A stretch of DNA of 64,000 nucleotides from Octopus sinensis (taxonomy: Eukaryota). The notes beneath the pieces were generated by a model that worked only from the letters and a program-made list of their open reading frames with translations, had not been told where the DNA came from and did no database searches. The stretch spans positions 26,784,001 through 26,848,000 of the forward strand of contig NC_043017.1 of the NCBI RefSeq assembly GCF_006345805.1. The letters are read 5' to 3'. Position numbers and translations under genes: made by a program. Below, in pieces: positions 40,066 through 53,359 of this stretch (its first letter is position 1; the number at the start of each line of letters is the position of its first letter).

Positions 40066-40441
40066 CAGATAGACGTGTTGAGAGAGTGTGTGAAAGCGCT
40101 GTAGAACGCCGTTTGACGAATCGACGTTATATATAGAAAAAGGGATGGGAAGGGAGGAAATAGAGTGAGTGAGTGAGGAAGACAGATACATAAAATACTG
40201 AGAGTGGACTTGTCAAAGTGAGTTGTTGGCCCTAGCAACGACACCTTTTAAGATAGTGATTTCTAACGTAGCCCACGGGCATCGTCACCTCATTTTACAT
40301 GTCCCTGTAAATTTTGGAGTCAATCCGACGGGATGTAGTGGCCTTGAAAGCGATCCAAGCGGTCGAGTCAAACAAACAAACTTTTCGCATTACAGTTTTA
40401 TAAATAGAGATGTATGTATACGCACACACACACACACACAC

Positions 40442-40481
<40 letters not shown>

Positions 40482-40939
40482 TATATATATATATGTATTT
40501 ATGTATGTATACATGTATGTATTTTGTATACATTATGTATATATTATATATGCATGGAGAAACATCTGAAATTTAATTTGTTATCAAATAATGATAATAC
40601 TGAAATATACATAAAGTAGCGAAAATGAATTATGATTTAGGATTCCATAATTCGTCGACAGGAACATTTTGAAGTAAATGTGAAGCCAAAAAAAAAAAAA
40701 AAAGAAAAAAATGGTTTCATTTTATATGTGACCGTAAGTGAAAAACCATGGAACCAGTGTGTTCGTAATAAGCGATCGCCCACCCCATAAAGAGAAAGAA
40801 ACGGAAAATCTGATTTAAATTCAAATTCGGGAAAAAAAAAACATTTGAAGAGTTATGTTATGTGTATTATCATTCTATTTTCAAATATGATAGTTATTGT
40901 TATTGAATAAAAATACTCTAAAATAAAATTCATAGAAAT

Positions 40940-40992
<53 letters not shown>

Positions 40993-41194
40993 TATGAGTG
41001 CATGTGTGTGTGTGTTTGTGCGAGTGTGTATGTGTGCGTTTCGTTGAAATAAGTACTATATTCATACTAAAATGTATAATTTAATAGCTAATATTTTCCT
41101 AATACTATTTTCGCGATATTTGATAATAATAATAAAAAAATATGTAAATATATAAAATAGGAGTTTTCGGTGCTGCTGAAGCTGTTGCTCTTGT

Positions 41195-41214
41195 TGTTGA
41201 TATTATCATCATTA

Positions 41215-41254
<40 letters not shown>

Positions 41255-41259
41255 CATTG

Positions 41260-41312
<53 letters not shown>

Positions 41313-41324
41313 ATCATCATAATC

Positions 41325-41356
<32 letters not shown>

Positions 41357-41406
41357 TAGTAGTAGTAGTAGTATTACTGTTATTATTATTATTATTATTA
41401 TTATCA

Positions 41407-41449
<43 letters not shown>

Positions 41450-41600
41450 CATCATCATCATTATCATTATTATTACCACTATTATTATTATTACTATTAT
41501 TATTATTATTATTATCATCATCATTATTATCATTATTAATACCACTCTTATTATCATTATTATTATTATTATTATGAATATTATTATTTTACTACTACTA
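41195..41600. repeat. (ATT)n/(ATC)n compound microsatellite
   Basis: Direct reading. Confidence 0.95.
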
Positions 41601-42119
41601 CTTCTAAGTGTTTGGGAATAAATATGTCAATATTACAATAACAAGTGAACCATAAATTTAACGGTGTTTATTTCTATTACGTTACATAATGCATAGTTTG
41701 TGTGATGTTATATAACATGATAGTTTATTAAACTACTATAAATATATTATATTTGAAATAAATCTCAGTGAAATAAATGAGTTAGCGGATTATAATAATA
41801 GATATAGTATATTATTTTACGTTCAGTGTTTAAAAAGTAAATGTGTTTTGACTTGTTTAAAAATACATGAGATCATTTTTCCTCTGAATGTTTAACTCAT
41901 GTTCGATATTTAAATAGATTTCCTCGCTTTCAGTCCTTGTCAATGTGATAAATAATGTAGTGCTTAGAGCCATTTGGCCTCTATCTCTAGCATGTGGCGC
42001 CACTCATTAGAGCTCGTGTGCGTGTAGTCCTCTAATTTTAGGAATCCTAATATGTTTACTCCGTATAGCATCGGTGAAAAAACACACAGCATACTCTATT
42101 CGATATACCGTGTGGTGCC

Positions 42120-42345
42120 CTGGCAGAATCGTTAGCACACCGGGCGAAATTCTTAACGGTATTTCGTCTGTCTTTACGTTCTGAGTTCAAATTCCGCCGA
42201 GGTCGACTTTACCTTTCATCTTTTCGGGATCGATTAAATAAGTACTAGTTACGCAATGGGGTCGATATAATTGACTTAATCCGTTTGTCTGTTCTTGTTC
42301 GTCCCCTCTGTGTTTAACCCCTTGTGGGTAGTAAAGAAATAGGTT
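42120..42345 (+). mobile_element. tRNA-derived SINE (family A, monomer)
   Basis: ctggcagaatcgttagcac...GAGTTCAAATtccgccgaggtcgac...aaagaaatagg. Confidence 0.88.
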
Positions 42346-42499
42346 ATTATAGCAGCCATCAACAAAATTACGAAAAGCTTAAATGCATGACCCGACAGTT
42401 TCTTCGTTTAGAGTACCGAAGGAATGACGACATCAACAGGCAATCTTTTAAGACTACTTTGTGGTGAACATCACTGGACGCTGGCTATATTTCCGATAA

Positions 42500-43060
42500 T
42501 TTCCTGTCTCGGTCAATAGTCCCAGTTTTGAAAAAGTCCAACAAATCGTAGGTAGTGAATTAACGACTGATCACAACACTCATATCTTTAAATCAACAAC
42601 CTGTTAGAGATACTGGTGATATCTCGAGCACCTCACTTTCTGGAAAGTAAGAGTCAATATATTCCGAAATGGCAGGAACTACCAAACACAGTTTCTGCAT
42701 CATATTGAAGGCATCCTAAAAGCATTGAGAGGGGACTTTAATGTGGATGTTATATAGCTTCATATCAGTAAGCACTTCGACAAGATTGACCCAAACAGCC
42801 AATTCAAAAAGCTTATCTGAGATTGGATTCCGTGAGATTATGAAAATGGATAACATGTCTAATTTGAACAGAACGCAGTATTCTCTAGTAGATGGTGTTC
42901 AATATAGCTCTGCAATTGTCCTGATTGTGGTCCTACAATGCAATCAACTAGGGCGGATCCATTTCATTAACGTCATGAAACATAGCAGAATTAGAAACCT
43001 TGCTGATGTCTCTAAGCTTCTGATGGTCAGCGATAGGGTAAATACCAGATTAATCTTCAA
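42500..43060 (+). mobile_element. Highly decayed CR1/L2-type LINE RT remnant
   Basis: VDVI*LHISKHFDKID (compare VDVIYLDFSKAFDKVD), followed by degraded Q.V.V.G, GVPQG-like and ADD-like segments at plausible spacing. Confidence 0.65.
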
Positions 43061-44831
43061 TCTGACCTGGTTGCTGTCATCCGATGGGCTGAAAACACGA
43101 CGAACAACTATTTAACAATACATTTGTGTCAATATACCTCGGTACATCTGCAAGCTGCGTTTAACCAAACAGTCCAGCGAAAACATAGTGCCAGCAAACA
43201 CACAGTAAAGTGAAAATGGTACATCAAGCGTGCTCAAGGACCCTCAAGACTTTCAGCCCTAGAGATTCCTACCATTATCCGTCTCCGCTACACCTTTAAA
43301 TGTCGGACGAAACAAAAAATAAATTTGCTGCAACCCCTAGACGATATGACAAGTATTGATTATTAGGATTATTTCCAAAACCTCAGAGATTACTCCCTCC
43401 GCACCACAGTCATTGTTATATAATTTAGATGGTGCAGAAAATATAGCAAGAACATTGCCCCACTAATGTTCACATAAACTTGAAAATTCAATCAAGGCTT
43501 CATATTCGTGGCATCAATCTTCTACAAAAACATTCCTATCGCCTAATCAGTATTTGATCACAACAAGCCTTGTTCTCATTAACAGTATGCTATGAAGTGA
43601 AAGAAACGAAAGATATATCGTAACTTCGAAATAGTTCCTGAATAAATACCTCCAATAACTCCCAGATAACACTCCTAATCCAGGATATATTTCTGCAAAC
43701 AATAGCTCTTTGTTCGAATGGGATATGGTTCATAATGAACTGACCTCAGCTAGTTAATCCGCGGATTATCATATTCATTTTCATCAAATGAATTTTAAAG
43801 CGTACGACTGTAGTATTTGAAAAGTACATACCCACAAGTAATTCTTCGTGGCATAGTATTAGATCCCGTTTTCGTCTAATTTACCGCCCATTCTCACGTC
43901 ACAATTGAAGAAACATACCGAGTAAATTAGAGAATATTTATTCGGTCGCGCAATACGTTGTAAATGGAAAGCAAGCCTCTTTTTAATTACATCCTAATTC
44001 AAACTGTGATTAAAGGGAAGATACAGTAAGGAAAGTGCAAAAGACTTTCTTCTCCTGGTCCACCTTCTATACAAAACCACAGCGCTGTAACAGCCGCAAC
44101 GTCCCCTTCATCACGAATCACGTATATCAGGTTTGATCAACAATAATAACGTCACATGTAATATTATCTGTGATGTCGACGAGGTCACATATGTCTAGTG
44201 TAATTGTCAATGAAACATGAGGGTAGCGACTTAATATTCTTTCAGCGGAACTGCATTACGTGAAAGATTAAATTTCAGTCAGACCACGCTTTGAACCTCC
44301 TTCTATTTCGCTATCGTAAATAATTTGGTATTTCAAAATCCTATGCATTCTTAACAGTCCAAAATTGCAGTGCATTGCATAGAAATGCAGTGATTATTAT
44401 AAATTACACCTCAGAATAATTATCTGTTATAAAATAGCGCCTTATTCATGAAATGTTTCAGTAGATTGCACCTAACAATATTTGCGAGAATTAAAAGCTG
44501 AGACCGTGTAATCCCGAATACCCTAAGGGTATTATTAATAACTGTTATTAATTCGTATTAATCGCCGTGAAGGCGCTCGTGATGCCGGAAATCTACAAAA
44601 CTACGATGCACTTTATAATTGCACGTTACTTTCTAATAAAGAAAGCTAGCGGCAAGAAGCCTAATGCAAACTGCATGCAACTATACTAATTGTTAATTTT
44701 TCTGCTAATGATTTAACCGTATCAAATTAACTCTCGGAAGAGTAGAATGCCAAGTCCGGTTTGCTAAATCATTTATTGATTTTGTGTGTGTAAGTACTGT
44801 TCATGTAATAATGCCTCCCTATATATATATG

Positions 44832-44893
<62 letters not shown>

Positions 44894-44900
<7 letters not shown>

Positions 44901-44987
44901 CAACAATTGAGGGTAAAATTAATTAATTATTAATCAATTTCACGCGGCAAAGTATGCCGCAAAGTAATTTATTTTACTAAGCCCTTT

Positions 44988-44994
<7 letters not shown>
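44894..44994. mobile_element. ~100-bp miniature element made of the two termini of the 31.6-38.7 kb palindromic array, set in (TA)n
   Basis: ataatttcaacaattgagggtaaaattaattaattattaatcaatttcac joined to gcggcaaagtatgccgcaaagtaatttattttactaagcccttttatataa. Confidence 0.9.
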
Positions 44995-45023
<29 letters not shown>

Positions 45024-45030
<7 letters not shown>

Positions 45031-45262
45031 ACAAGATAAGGGCAGAAGAAAAATTCTAATGCCAGATACGCCGAAACAAAAAATTGTCGATAACCATTAA
45101 ATTTAATGGTTATCGGCAATTTTTTGTTTCGGCGTATCTGGCATTAGAATTTTTCTTCTGCCCTTATCTTGTAAATTATGTATAAATTTTACCTTTAAAG
45201 GCATTTTTTGTTATGCTGGCCATTGATAAAATTTGTTTCCCGAAAAACTTTTATCCTATATC

Positions 45263-45268
<6 letters not shown>
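45024..45268. mobile_element. Fold-back element: 78-bp-arm loopless palindrome (45024-45179) plus tail, between (TA)n tracts
   Basis: Arms pair with one mismatch around 45101/45102; the tail resembles the array unit and the 58.9 kb element. Confidence 0.85.
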
Positions 45269-45303
<35 letters not shown>

Positions 45304-46357
45304 TAAATACAAGAAAAAATTAGTAATAAGTATTTTATAAATGTTATGTCACCTATGCAATGATTGGCATATTAATCCATCTATATATATTCTGCTTCCC
45401 AAAAACCTTACTTTCTTAGGATGACAAGGATTACGTATTTTCTGGAAACACAAATCAAAATCTTTAACTACTTACCTAGTCTATAAAATGGGTGAAGAAT
45501 TATTTTACATGTAGTAAAGGTTTTACTTCGACACACTTTAATTTTATATTTAACGTCAAACCCGTGAAACGTCAAACAACGAATATTTCAGTATAGTAAG
45601 GAAGTTTATGAGTTTATTTAAATTCCCCTTCATTTTATAAAATGTGGCGGAAATAGAAGGATATTTCCATTTGTCGAACATTCAGATAATTTGTTATTGA
45701 TTCAATCATGCAGTATGGCTGCATTCGAATGCGTTGCCTACCTGAAATGAGCGGTTGGTTAATATACGCGCAAAATATCTTCAAGACAAACCCTGCGGGA
45801 ATATATAGACGGGGAAGGCTTTCTGCCAAAGGACGGGCGAAGGGGATTAATATAAGACCTAAATATTAAATCACAGTACAGATGACCTGAGATAAATAAG
45901 CGGGTGTGGTTCGTTGCCTTCAGACGTTACATGAAACTATCGAGCGGAAACTTGTATAGAAGTAATTTTATAAGCAGAACAAAGTTGCAACACATGTCGA
46001 TGTCAAGTGTTGCCGGCCGCGAGTAAATAAATATTTGGAAAACAGTTGGATTTCTTCTGTGTATGATTCTACAAGTATTTTCTTCTTGTCAAATATTGTG
46101 AAAATTAACCCTTTTGTATCTATAATGATTTTAAAATGCGTTCACCAAAACGAAAGAACATTCATGTGCATTAGATTTGCATTCGTGTTTATGAATGATA
46201 CTGTGTCGCTAATTCTCTATCGCTAGCTACGTTCGCTATCTCAGAATATGGAGATAGTACTGGTGTGAAGTAGCACATCGTGTTTATGGAAATAATACGA
46301 CAATCTTCAATAAACACAGTGCTCTTATCTTGAAAATAAGCATATATTCAGGAAATA

Positions 46358-46781
46358 GCGGCGAGCTGGCAGAAACGTTAGCCCGCCGGACGAAATGCTT
46401 AGCCGTATTTCGTCTGCCGCTACGTTCAGAGTTCAAATTCCGCCGAGGTCGACTTTGCCTTTCATCCTTTCGGGGTCGATAAATTAAGTACCAGTTACGC
46501 ACTGGTGTCGATGTAATCGACTTAATACCTATGTCTGTCCTTGTTTGTCCCCTCTATGTCTAGCCCCTTGTGGGTAATAAAGAAATAGGTATTTCGTCTG
46601 CTGCTACGTTCTGAGTTTAAATTCCGTTCTGAGTTTAAATTCCACTTTGCCTTTCATCCTTTCGGGGTCGATAAATTAAGTACCAGTTACGCACTGGGGT
46701 CGACGTAATCGACTTAACACCTATGTCTGTCCTTGTTTGTCCCCTCTATGTTTAGCCCCTTGTGGCCAATAAAGAAATAGG
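46358..46781 (+). mobile_element. SINE family A with tandem-duplicated body
   Basis: Head plus body, then ...aaagaaataGGTATTtcgtctg... and a second body. Confidence 0.9.
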
Positions 46782-47107
46782 TAATCTTCAGAAAATATTT
46801 ACTGGGGATAAAGAAATCACCTTACATCCTTCATGATAAATATAACATTTTTTCAATTCAGAGAAAGCATTTTTACAGACGCCTCGACAGGAATCCAAAT
46901 ATGTACTCCATGTTAAAGAAGCTAGTCATGTCGCGAGCACAACTTTATGAAACACTACAAAAAATCTAATGCAAAATGTCAAAAGCTTACCCCAAATAAT
47001 GAGATTCATATAGGTTGAATAAATGCTCTCTTTTATTCAAGAGCATTATTTCCATACACTTTATATGTCGTTTATTTCCACGTATAGTTTGCAACGTATA
47101 TAAATAA

Positions 47108-47498
47108 GGAGGCGCAATGGCCCAGTGGTTAGAGCAGCGGATTCGCGGTCATAGGATCGCGGTATCGATTTCCAGACCGGGCGTTGTGAGTGTTTATTGA
47201 GTGAAAACACCTAAAGCTCCACGAGGCTCCGGCAGGGGATGGTGGTGATCCCTGCTGTACTCTTTCACCACAACTTTCTCTCACTCTTTCTTCCTGTTTC
47301 TGTTGTACCTGTATTTCAAAAGGGCCGGCCTTGTCACTCTCTGTGTCACGCTGAATATCCCCCCGAGAACTACGTTAAGGGTACACGTGTCTGTGGAGTG
47401 CTCAGCCACTTACACGTTAATTTCACGAGCAGGCTGTCCCGTTGATTCGGATCAACCGGAACCCTCGTCGTCGTAACCGACGGAGTGCTTCCACCAAA
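47108..47498 (+). mobile_element. tRNA-derived SINE (family C) with 24-bp TSD
   Basis: atagtttgcaacgtatataaataa at 47084-47107 and 47499-47522. Confidence 0.93.
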
Positions 47499-48427
47499 AT
47501 AGTTTGCAACGTATATAAATAAACTTTAATTGTAAAAAAAAAAGTATATTGGTCCATAGCATACTAGCAGATGTCATTAGCTGGACTTCCTAGCAACTCA
47601 GCCTGACATATACATAAATTCTCTGGATTGTAGCCTCATAATCTAACCGATATTTATCGTGCTGAAGATGAATACCCTATGGAAGGAAATATAGCATAAT
47701 AATTAACGGAAATATATTTATATAATTCAATTAAATTTGATATATTTTAATTGGCAGAGTGCAGTGTCAGAACAGCGACATCTATAATAACAGCAATGAA
47801 TTATTCAGAGATTTTACAGAATGTTCAAGTCATTTCTAATAATTGCTTACCTAAGCCAGCTAACAACTTCATTTCAGATTTACGGGTTTGTCATTCTGTC
47901 ACTTAGGCTTAATGTGCAAAGCAGAAGCATAAAGATGGTGATTCTTGTTTGCTACAAATAGGTTCAAAAGTAGGTGATGCTTGTTGCTCATATAAAAATG
48001 AAGATTTCCATCGTGCAATGACGTAGAAAACCTAAACCATTAAAATTAGTAAAACGCCAAAAGGAGGAACTTATACGGCCGTTTCTTCTTCACCAAACAA
48101 TAATAGAAAAAGCAATGTAGGTGCTAAATCAACTCAGAATAGCATGAATAATTTGAGAGAGAGAGAGAGAGTGAGAGAGAGAGAGACAAAGAGAGAAAGG
48201 GAGAGAGATAGGAAGATGATGAGAGAGGGAATAAAAAATGAGAATACTGAGGGTCTTTCCCATAGAAATTTCGATCTAGTCAGGAAACGAAAACTTAGCT
48301 GACTGCGAACGTTTCATTTTCACCTAAATTTTAACGATATATCAGGATACTCTCTGAGTATTATCTACGGATATGAGTATAGATAACTCAGATAAAATGC
48401 ATTGTATATATACTCTTTACATACCTG

Positions 48428-48616
48428 CTCTTTCACTCTTTTACTTGTTTCAGTCATTTGACTGCGGCCATGCTGGAGCACCGCCTGTAGTCGAGCAACC
48501 CGACCACGGGACTTATTCTTTTGTAAGCCCAGTACTTATTCTATCGGTCTCTTCTTGCCGATCCACTAAGTGACGGTGACATAAACACACCAGCAATGCT
48601 AGGGGGACAAACACAG

Positions 48617-48674
<58 letters not shown>

Positions 48675-48811
48675 ATACATACATACGACGAGCTTCGTTC
48701 AGTTTCCGTTTACCAAATCCACTCACAAAGCTTTGGTGACACGCATTGGGACTGAACCCAGAACCATGTGGTTCGTAAGCAAGCTACTTACCACGTAGCC
48801 ACTCCTGTGCG
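48428..48811 (-). mobile_element. tRNA-derived SINE (family B, internal deletion)
   Basis: Reverse-complement match to the 55514 copy. Confidence 0.88.
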
Positions 48812-48934
48812 TGAGTATGAGCAGTAATAATAAAGAGAAATGTTCTGGATGGTATTTTACCCATTATATTCTTCAGTAGGGAAACAAAAATCATTCTCAG
48901 AAATCTTATTTTGCATACAGATGCGTTTGTATAT

Positions 48935-48965
<31 letters not shown>

Positions 48966-48989
48966 GCGTTACAATATCGAAAATGCTTG

Positions 48990-49645
48990 ACCGTAAGTCC
49001 CGGCCCGTTCGTATGTCAGTATATTATTCAATACGATTCCTTCTGGAGGAAAAAATGATGTTTCCAGATAAGTGCGTAATTCACCGTACGAGCCGGGCAC
49101 GAAATATTTACTACTCCGTAAAGGAGAATCTTCATTATTATGTAGAAATTGAATACAGCATTCTGCATCTCATGATGCGGACAGCACTTAATAGGATTCA
49201 AGTCATTGGACCATACTTTTTGAACTGGCTAATAAACCATTCTTGATAACTAAATATGTTACAACAATACTTTATATCCAAAGTCGATGGACTGAGTATC
49301 AGAGAGGAGCTTTGATTTCAATGAGATGACAATTTTCCAGACAAATGGATAGGTCGTCGCTCTATAATATCTGCGGCACCCATGAAATGGCCCGCAAGAA
49401 GCCAGGACTTGACAACATGTGATAGCTCTCTTTGTGGATATATAAATTACATTGTGTCTAAACAGCATTTATGATGAATTGAAGGGAGTTATTACCAAAA
49501 CATTTGGAGCAATGACCCCTGCTATGCTGGGGGAAAGGTCTTACAGAACATGGCGTAGCGTAATATTATGCAGCGAGAATTTGGGAAAGCACACATATAC
49601 ACAATATACATATATTGGATGGGTAAGGATTTGCGGCCCACACTG

Positions 49646-49647
<2 letters not shown>
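48990..49647 (+). mobile_element. Decayed Tc1/mariner transposase remnant with right TIR
   Basis: VIGPYFLN, FPDKWIGRR, MKWPARS.DLT.CD..LWGYI and TWR..ILC.EN.G.H; ends ...ggcccacactgta. Confidence 0.7.
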
Positions 49648-49717
<70 letters not shown>

Positions 49718-49740
49718 GTGTGTGAATGTGTGTATATATG

Positions 49741-49792
<52 letters not shown>

Positions 49793-50179
49793 CACTTTTA
49801 TCAGGACATACTAGGGCCCTACCTGATAGGAAGTGGTGATAAATCCGCAAGATAAACCACCAGTGACATTGAAAAATACAACATAAAATACAACACACAG
49901 CATCACTCTTCGGACGTACAATCTAATTTAATATACGGAATTTACACACACCATCAAAGCTAAATGCTACATAGTATGGCATTGGATATTCTTTTGTCAT
50001 GATTTCAACAACGAAGATTCGAACCGAGGTCGACTTTGCCTTTCGTCCTTTCGGGGTCGATAAATTAAGTACCAGTTGCGTACTGGAGTCGATCGAGTCT
50101 GCTGGCCCCGCTCATCTAAAAGTTTTGGCCTCGTGACTTGAATGAAAGAAAATATTAGTTGTATATAACACGAGGATGT

Positions 50180-50487
50180 GGAGGCACATGACCTAGTGGT
50201 TAGAGCAGCGGACTCGCGGTCGAGGGATCGCGGGTTCGATTCTCAGACCAGACGATATGTGTGTTTATGAGCGAAATGCCTAAGCTCCACGCGGCTCCGG
50301 CAGAAAGTAACGGAGAACTTATGCTGACTCTTTCGCCACCACATTCTCTCATTCTTTCCTCATGCATCTTATAGCTCACCTGCGACGGACCGACGTCCCG
50401 TCCAGGTAGGGAACCTATACGCCAAGGAAACCAGGAAATCGGCCCTCATGAGCCAGGCGTGGCTCGAGAAGGGACAAACAAACAACA
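50180..50487 (+). mobile_element. tRNA-derived SINE (family C variant)
   Basis: ggaggcacatgacctAGTGGTTAGAgcagcg...GGGTTCGATTCtcagacc; flanking ataac(a/t)cgagg may be a TSD. Confidence 0.85.
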
Positions 50488-51311
50488 ATAACTCGAGGTC
50501 ACATAACAATTCATAAGATTAGCCAAATTTTAGAAACCGAACTTTTCTGGATTGATTTCGCATAATGCTTTATCGTATCAGTATATTTGATGTTGAGTGG
50601 TGAACGATTTATTTATTACATTAAACGCATGAATAGAGTTGTAAAACACAGAAGTGGATTTCATACGAAAGGTATTTCTCTGTCGAAATAGCTGTTCGTT
50701 GAGATACGGCTGCTAAGATTTATGAATTTCGAAGTGTAATGCCAAACGAGTGTGTGAATAAGATACAATCCATTCTATGATCTTCAAATTTGAAGCTACA
50801 TATATCAGGAATTAATGGCGATCCTTAAGTGGTAAAATTGTACTTGGAAAGGTAACTATGAAAAATTGATGTTTCTTCTGATAGCTGTGGAATGATAGAT
50901 TCCTATAAAGAAGAAGCTTCAAAGACAATAAAATTTATAAGGTTTTTTTTTTTATTTCTCTCACCGGCATTTATGAAATAGTTTTTGCTTTATTGATTTT
51001 CAGGTGGTATTCATGTGATAATAATCCACCTGACAGAAATCGATTTCAGTGTAGAGTGGTCAAGAGATACCGTATAGATATTACATTATATCATATGTAT
51101 AGAAATATGCATATCTCATCCCTTGACCACTCTGCATTTAGATAGGTCTCTGTAGTTGCGCATTTTATATCTGATGATGCACAAAGTCGTGTTTTAAAAC
51201 TATAAATTTACTATCACTGAATCTGTCTATCTAACTATCTACCTATCTATCATCTCACACACATACACATATATATACGTGTGGGTATATATATATATGT
51301 GTGTGTGTATG

Positions 51312-51355
<44 letters not shown>

Positions 51356-52294
51356 ATAGATAGATAGATAGAGAGATAGATATATTCATACGTACATATG
51401 TGTATAGACACATACCCGCATATATATATATACATGAATATATGCATACATATTCACATATGCCCGTTCATGCACTCAGACAAACTCACATGCCACACAT
51501 ACAAATACACATACGCACACATATATGTATATATTTATACATATATAAATATTCAAAAACTGTCGTCGGCAACGAAATAAACGAAAAATGTCAAATTTAT
51601 ACTGAATATCTCCAAAGTAATTCGTTTGGGCGGAACTAGTGGAAGCTGGCATTGATTGTAAAAATTTCAAATCTACTGCTATCTGTGTTAGCTAACATTC
51701 ACTATCGCTTTTTTATGAATATTAAAACTAAACTAGCTTATCAAAGGATAAATCTCTACCGTGTGAAAATGTTTGGAAATGCGCTAAGGTGTATTCTATT
51801 TTCTTAAAAATCGAATTTCGAACACGTATTAATCTATACAGGGCATGGATTTTAATTACTAATTCAATAAAGGATTAAAAAGTAATGTAGTATGCTTTTG
51901 CACTATTATCACCATATGTTTTATTTACTAATATTTTCTGTGCTTTAGCGACTTTCTTAAATTAACGTGGAGCGAATATGTCTACAATTTTAATCATTGG
52001 AAACTTCCAGAGCAATACCTCAATGAACGTATTGGGAGTCGAATATACGGTAGAGATTTTTTCTCAAGATCAACCACTTCTTTATCGATTAAATGGTTAG
52101 AGATACAGGATACATGCGGTTCAGAAGCAACAAAAAGAAATGATATACGTGCTAATAATTGAAACACACCCCCATTAAGATATACTTGAGATATGTTCAA
52201 TGTTCAACGTTATATGTATGTGCAATGGATAGTCTATTGCAACTGTAATGATATACGACGCTGTTATACATCACGAAGCGGTATGAGTCTGTAG

Positions 52295-52707
52295 ACGGCG
52301 AGCTGGCAGGAACGTCAGCACGCCGGGCGAAATGCTTAGCGGTATTTCGTCTGCGTTACGTTGTGAGTTCAAATTCCGCCGAGGTCGACTTTGCCTTTCA
52401 TCCTTTCGGGGTCGATAAATTAAGTACCAGTTACGAACTGGGGTGGATGTAATCGACTTAATACCTATGTCTGTCCTTGTTTGTTCCCTCTGTGTTTAGC
52501 CCATTGTGGGTAATAAAGAAATAGGTATTTCGTCTGTCGTTACGTTGTGAGTTCAAATTCCGCCGAGGTCGACTTTGCCTTTCATCCTTTCGGAGTCGAT
52601 AAATTAAGTACCAGTTACGAACTGGGGTCGATGTAATCGACTTAATCCGTTTGTCTGTCCTTGTTTGTTCCCTCTGTGTTTAGCCCCTTGTGTGTAATAA
52701 AGAAATA
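52295..52707 (+). mobile_element. SINE family A with tandem-duplicated body and 15-bp TSD, nested in another SINE head
   Basis: TSD ggtatgagtctgtag at 52280-52294 and 52708-52722; the rejoined flanks read as a tRNA-like head (gtagttag...gagttcgattcc). Confidence 0.92.
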
Positions 52708-53212
52708 GGTATGAGTCTGTAGTTAGTACCTCACGCTCACAATAACGATGTAGTGAGTTCGATTCCAAGACCGGTCTGTGTTTTGTGTCCTTGTGCAAGA
52801 CACGTTATTCATGTTGCACTGATTCAATAATCTGTAGAAACGAGTTGCAACAGCACAGAAAAGTTGCGAGTTTGAGTATAGGACGCACTAAAAACATTAA
52901 TAATTGAGTGTTGACCGGGGCAAATAAGATTTATCGTCAAAATCTCATGCAGGTATATTGCAGGTGTGAACGTTAAATTATCCAAGTCGATGTTCATCAC
53001 GTCGCTCGTCGCACATCGTCTTCTGGCACGAACGCGCCAGGTGGGCAACAGTTCTATTTATCCTTCGCCCTCACCGTAAAAACAAAGCCGAATCATACTG
53101 CTTTCACTTTGATTACTCACGTGACCAGAAAGCTTTATTTATTCTCGTCTTCGCCTGTAAACAGAGAGCTGCGTTCTAATTCGCGTCGTACCAATATAAT
53201 TGTTTTCGTTCG

Positions 53213-53246
<34 letters not shown>

Positions 53247-53359
53247 TATATATATATATTATACTATAAATATATATATATAGTGTGTGTGTGTGTGGTG
53301 TGTGTGTGTGTGTGCACGCACACACACAAACACACACACTCACACACATATATCTTACG

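Noticed and set aside
44040-44230. Possible APE endonuclease relic on the minus strand
   Set aside because: The similarity is too weak to distinguish from chance.
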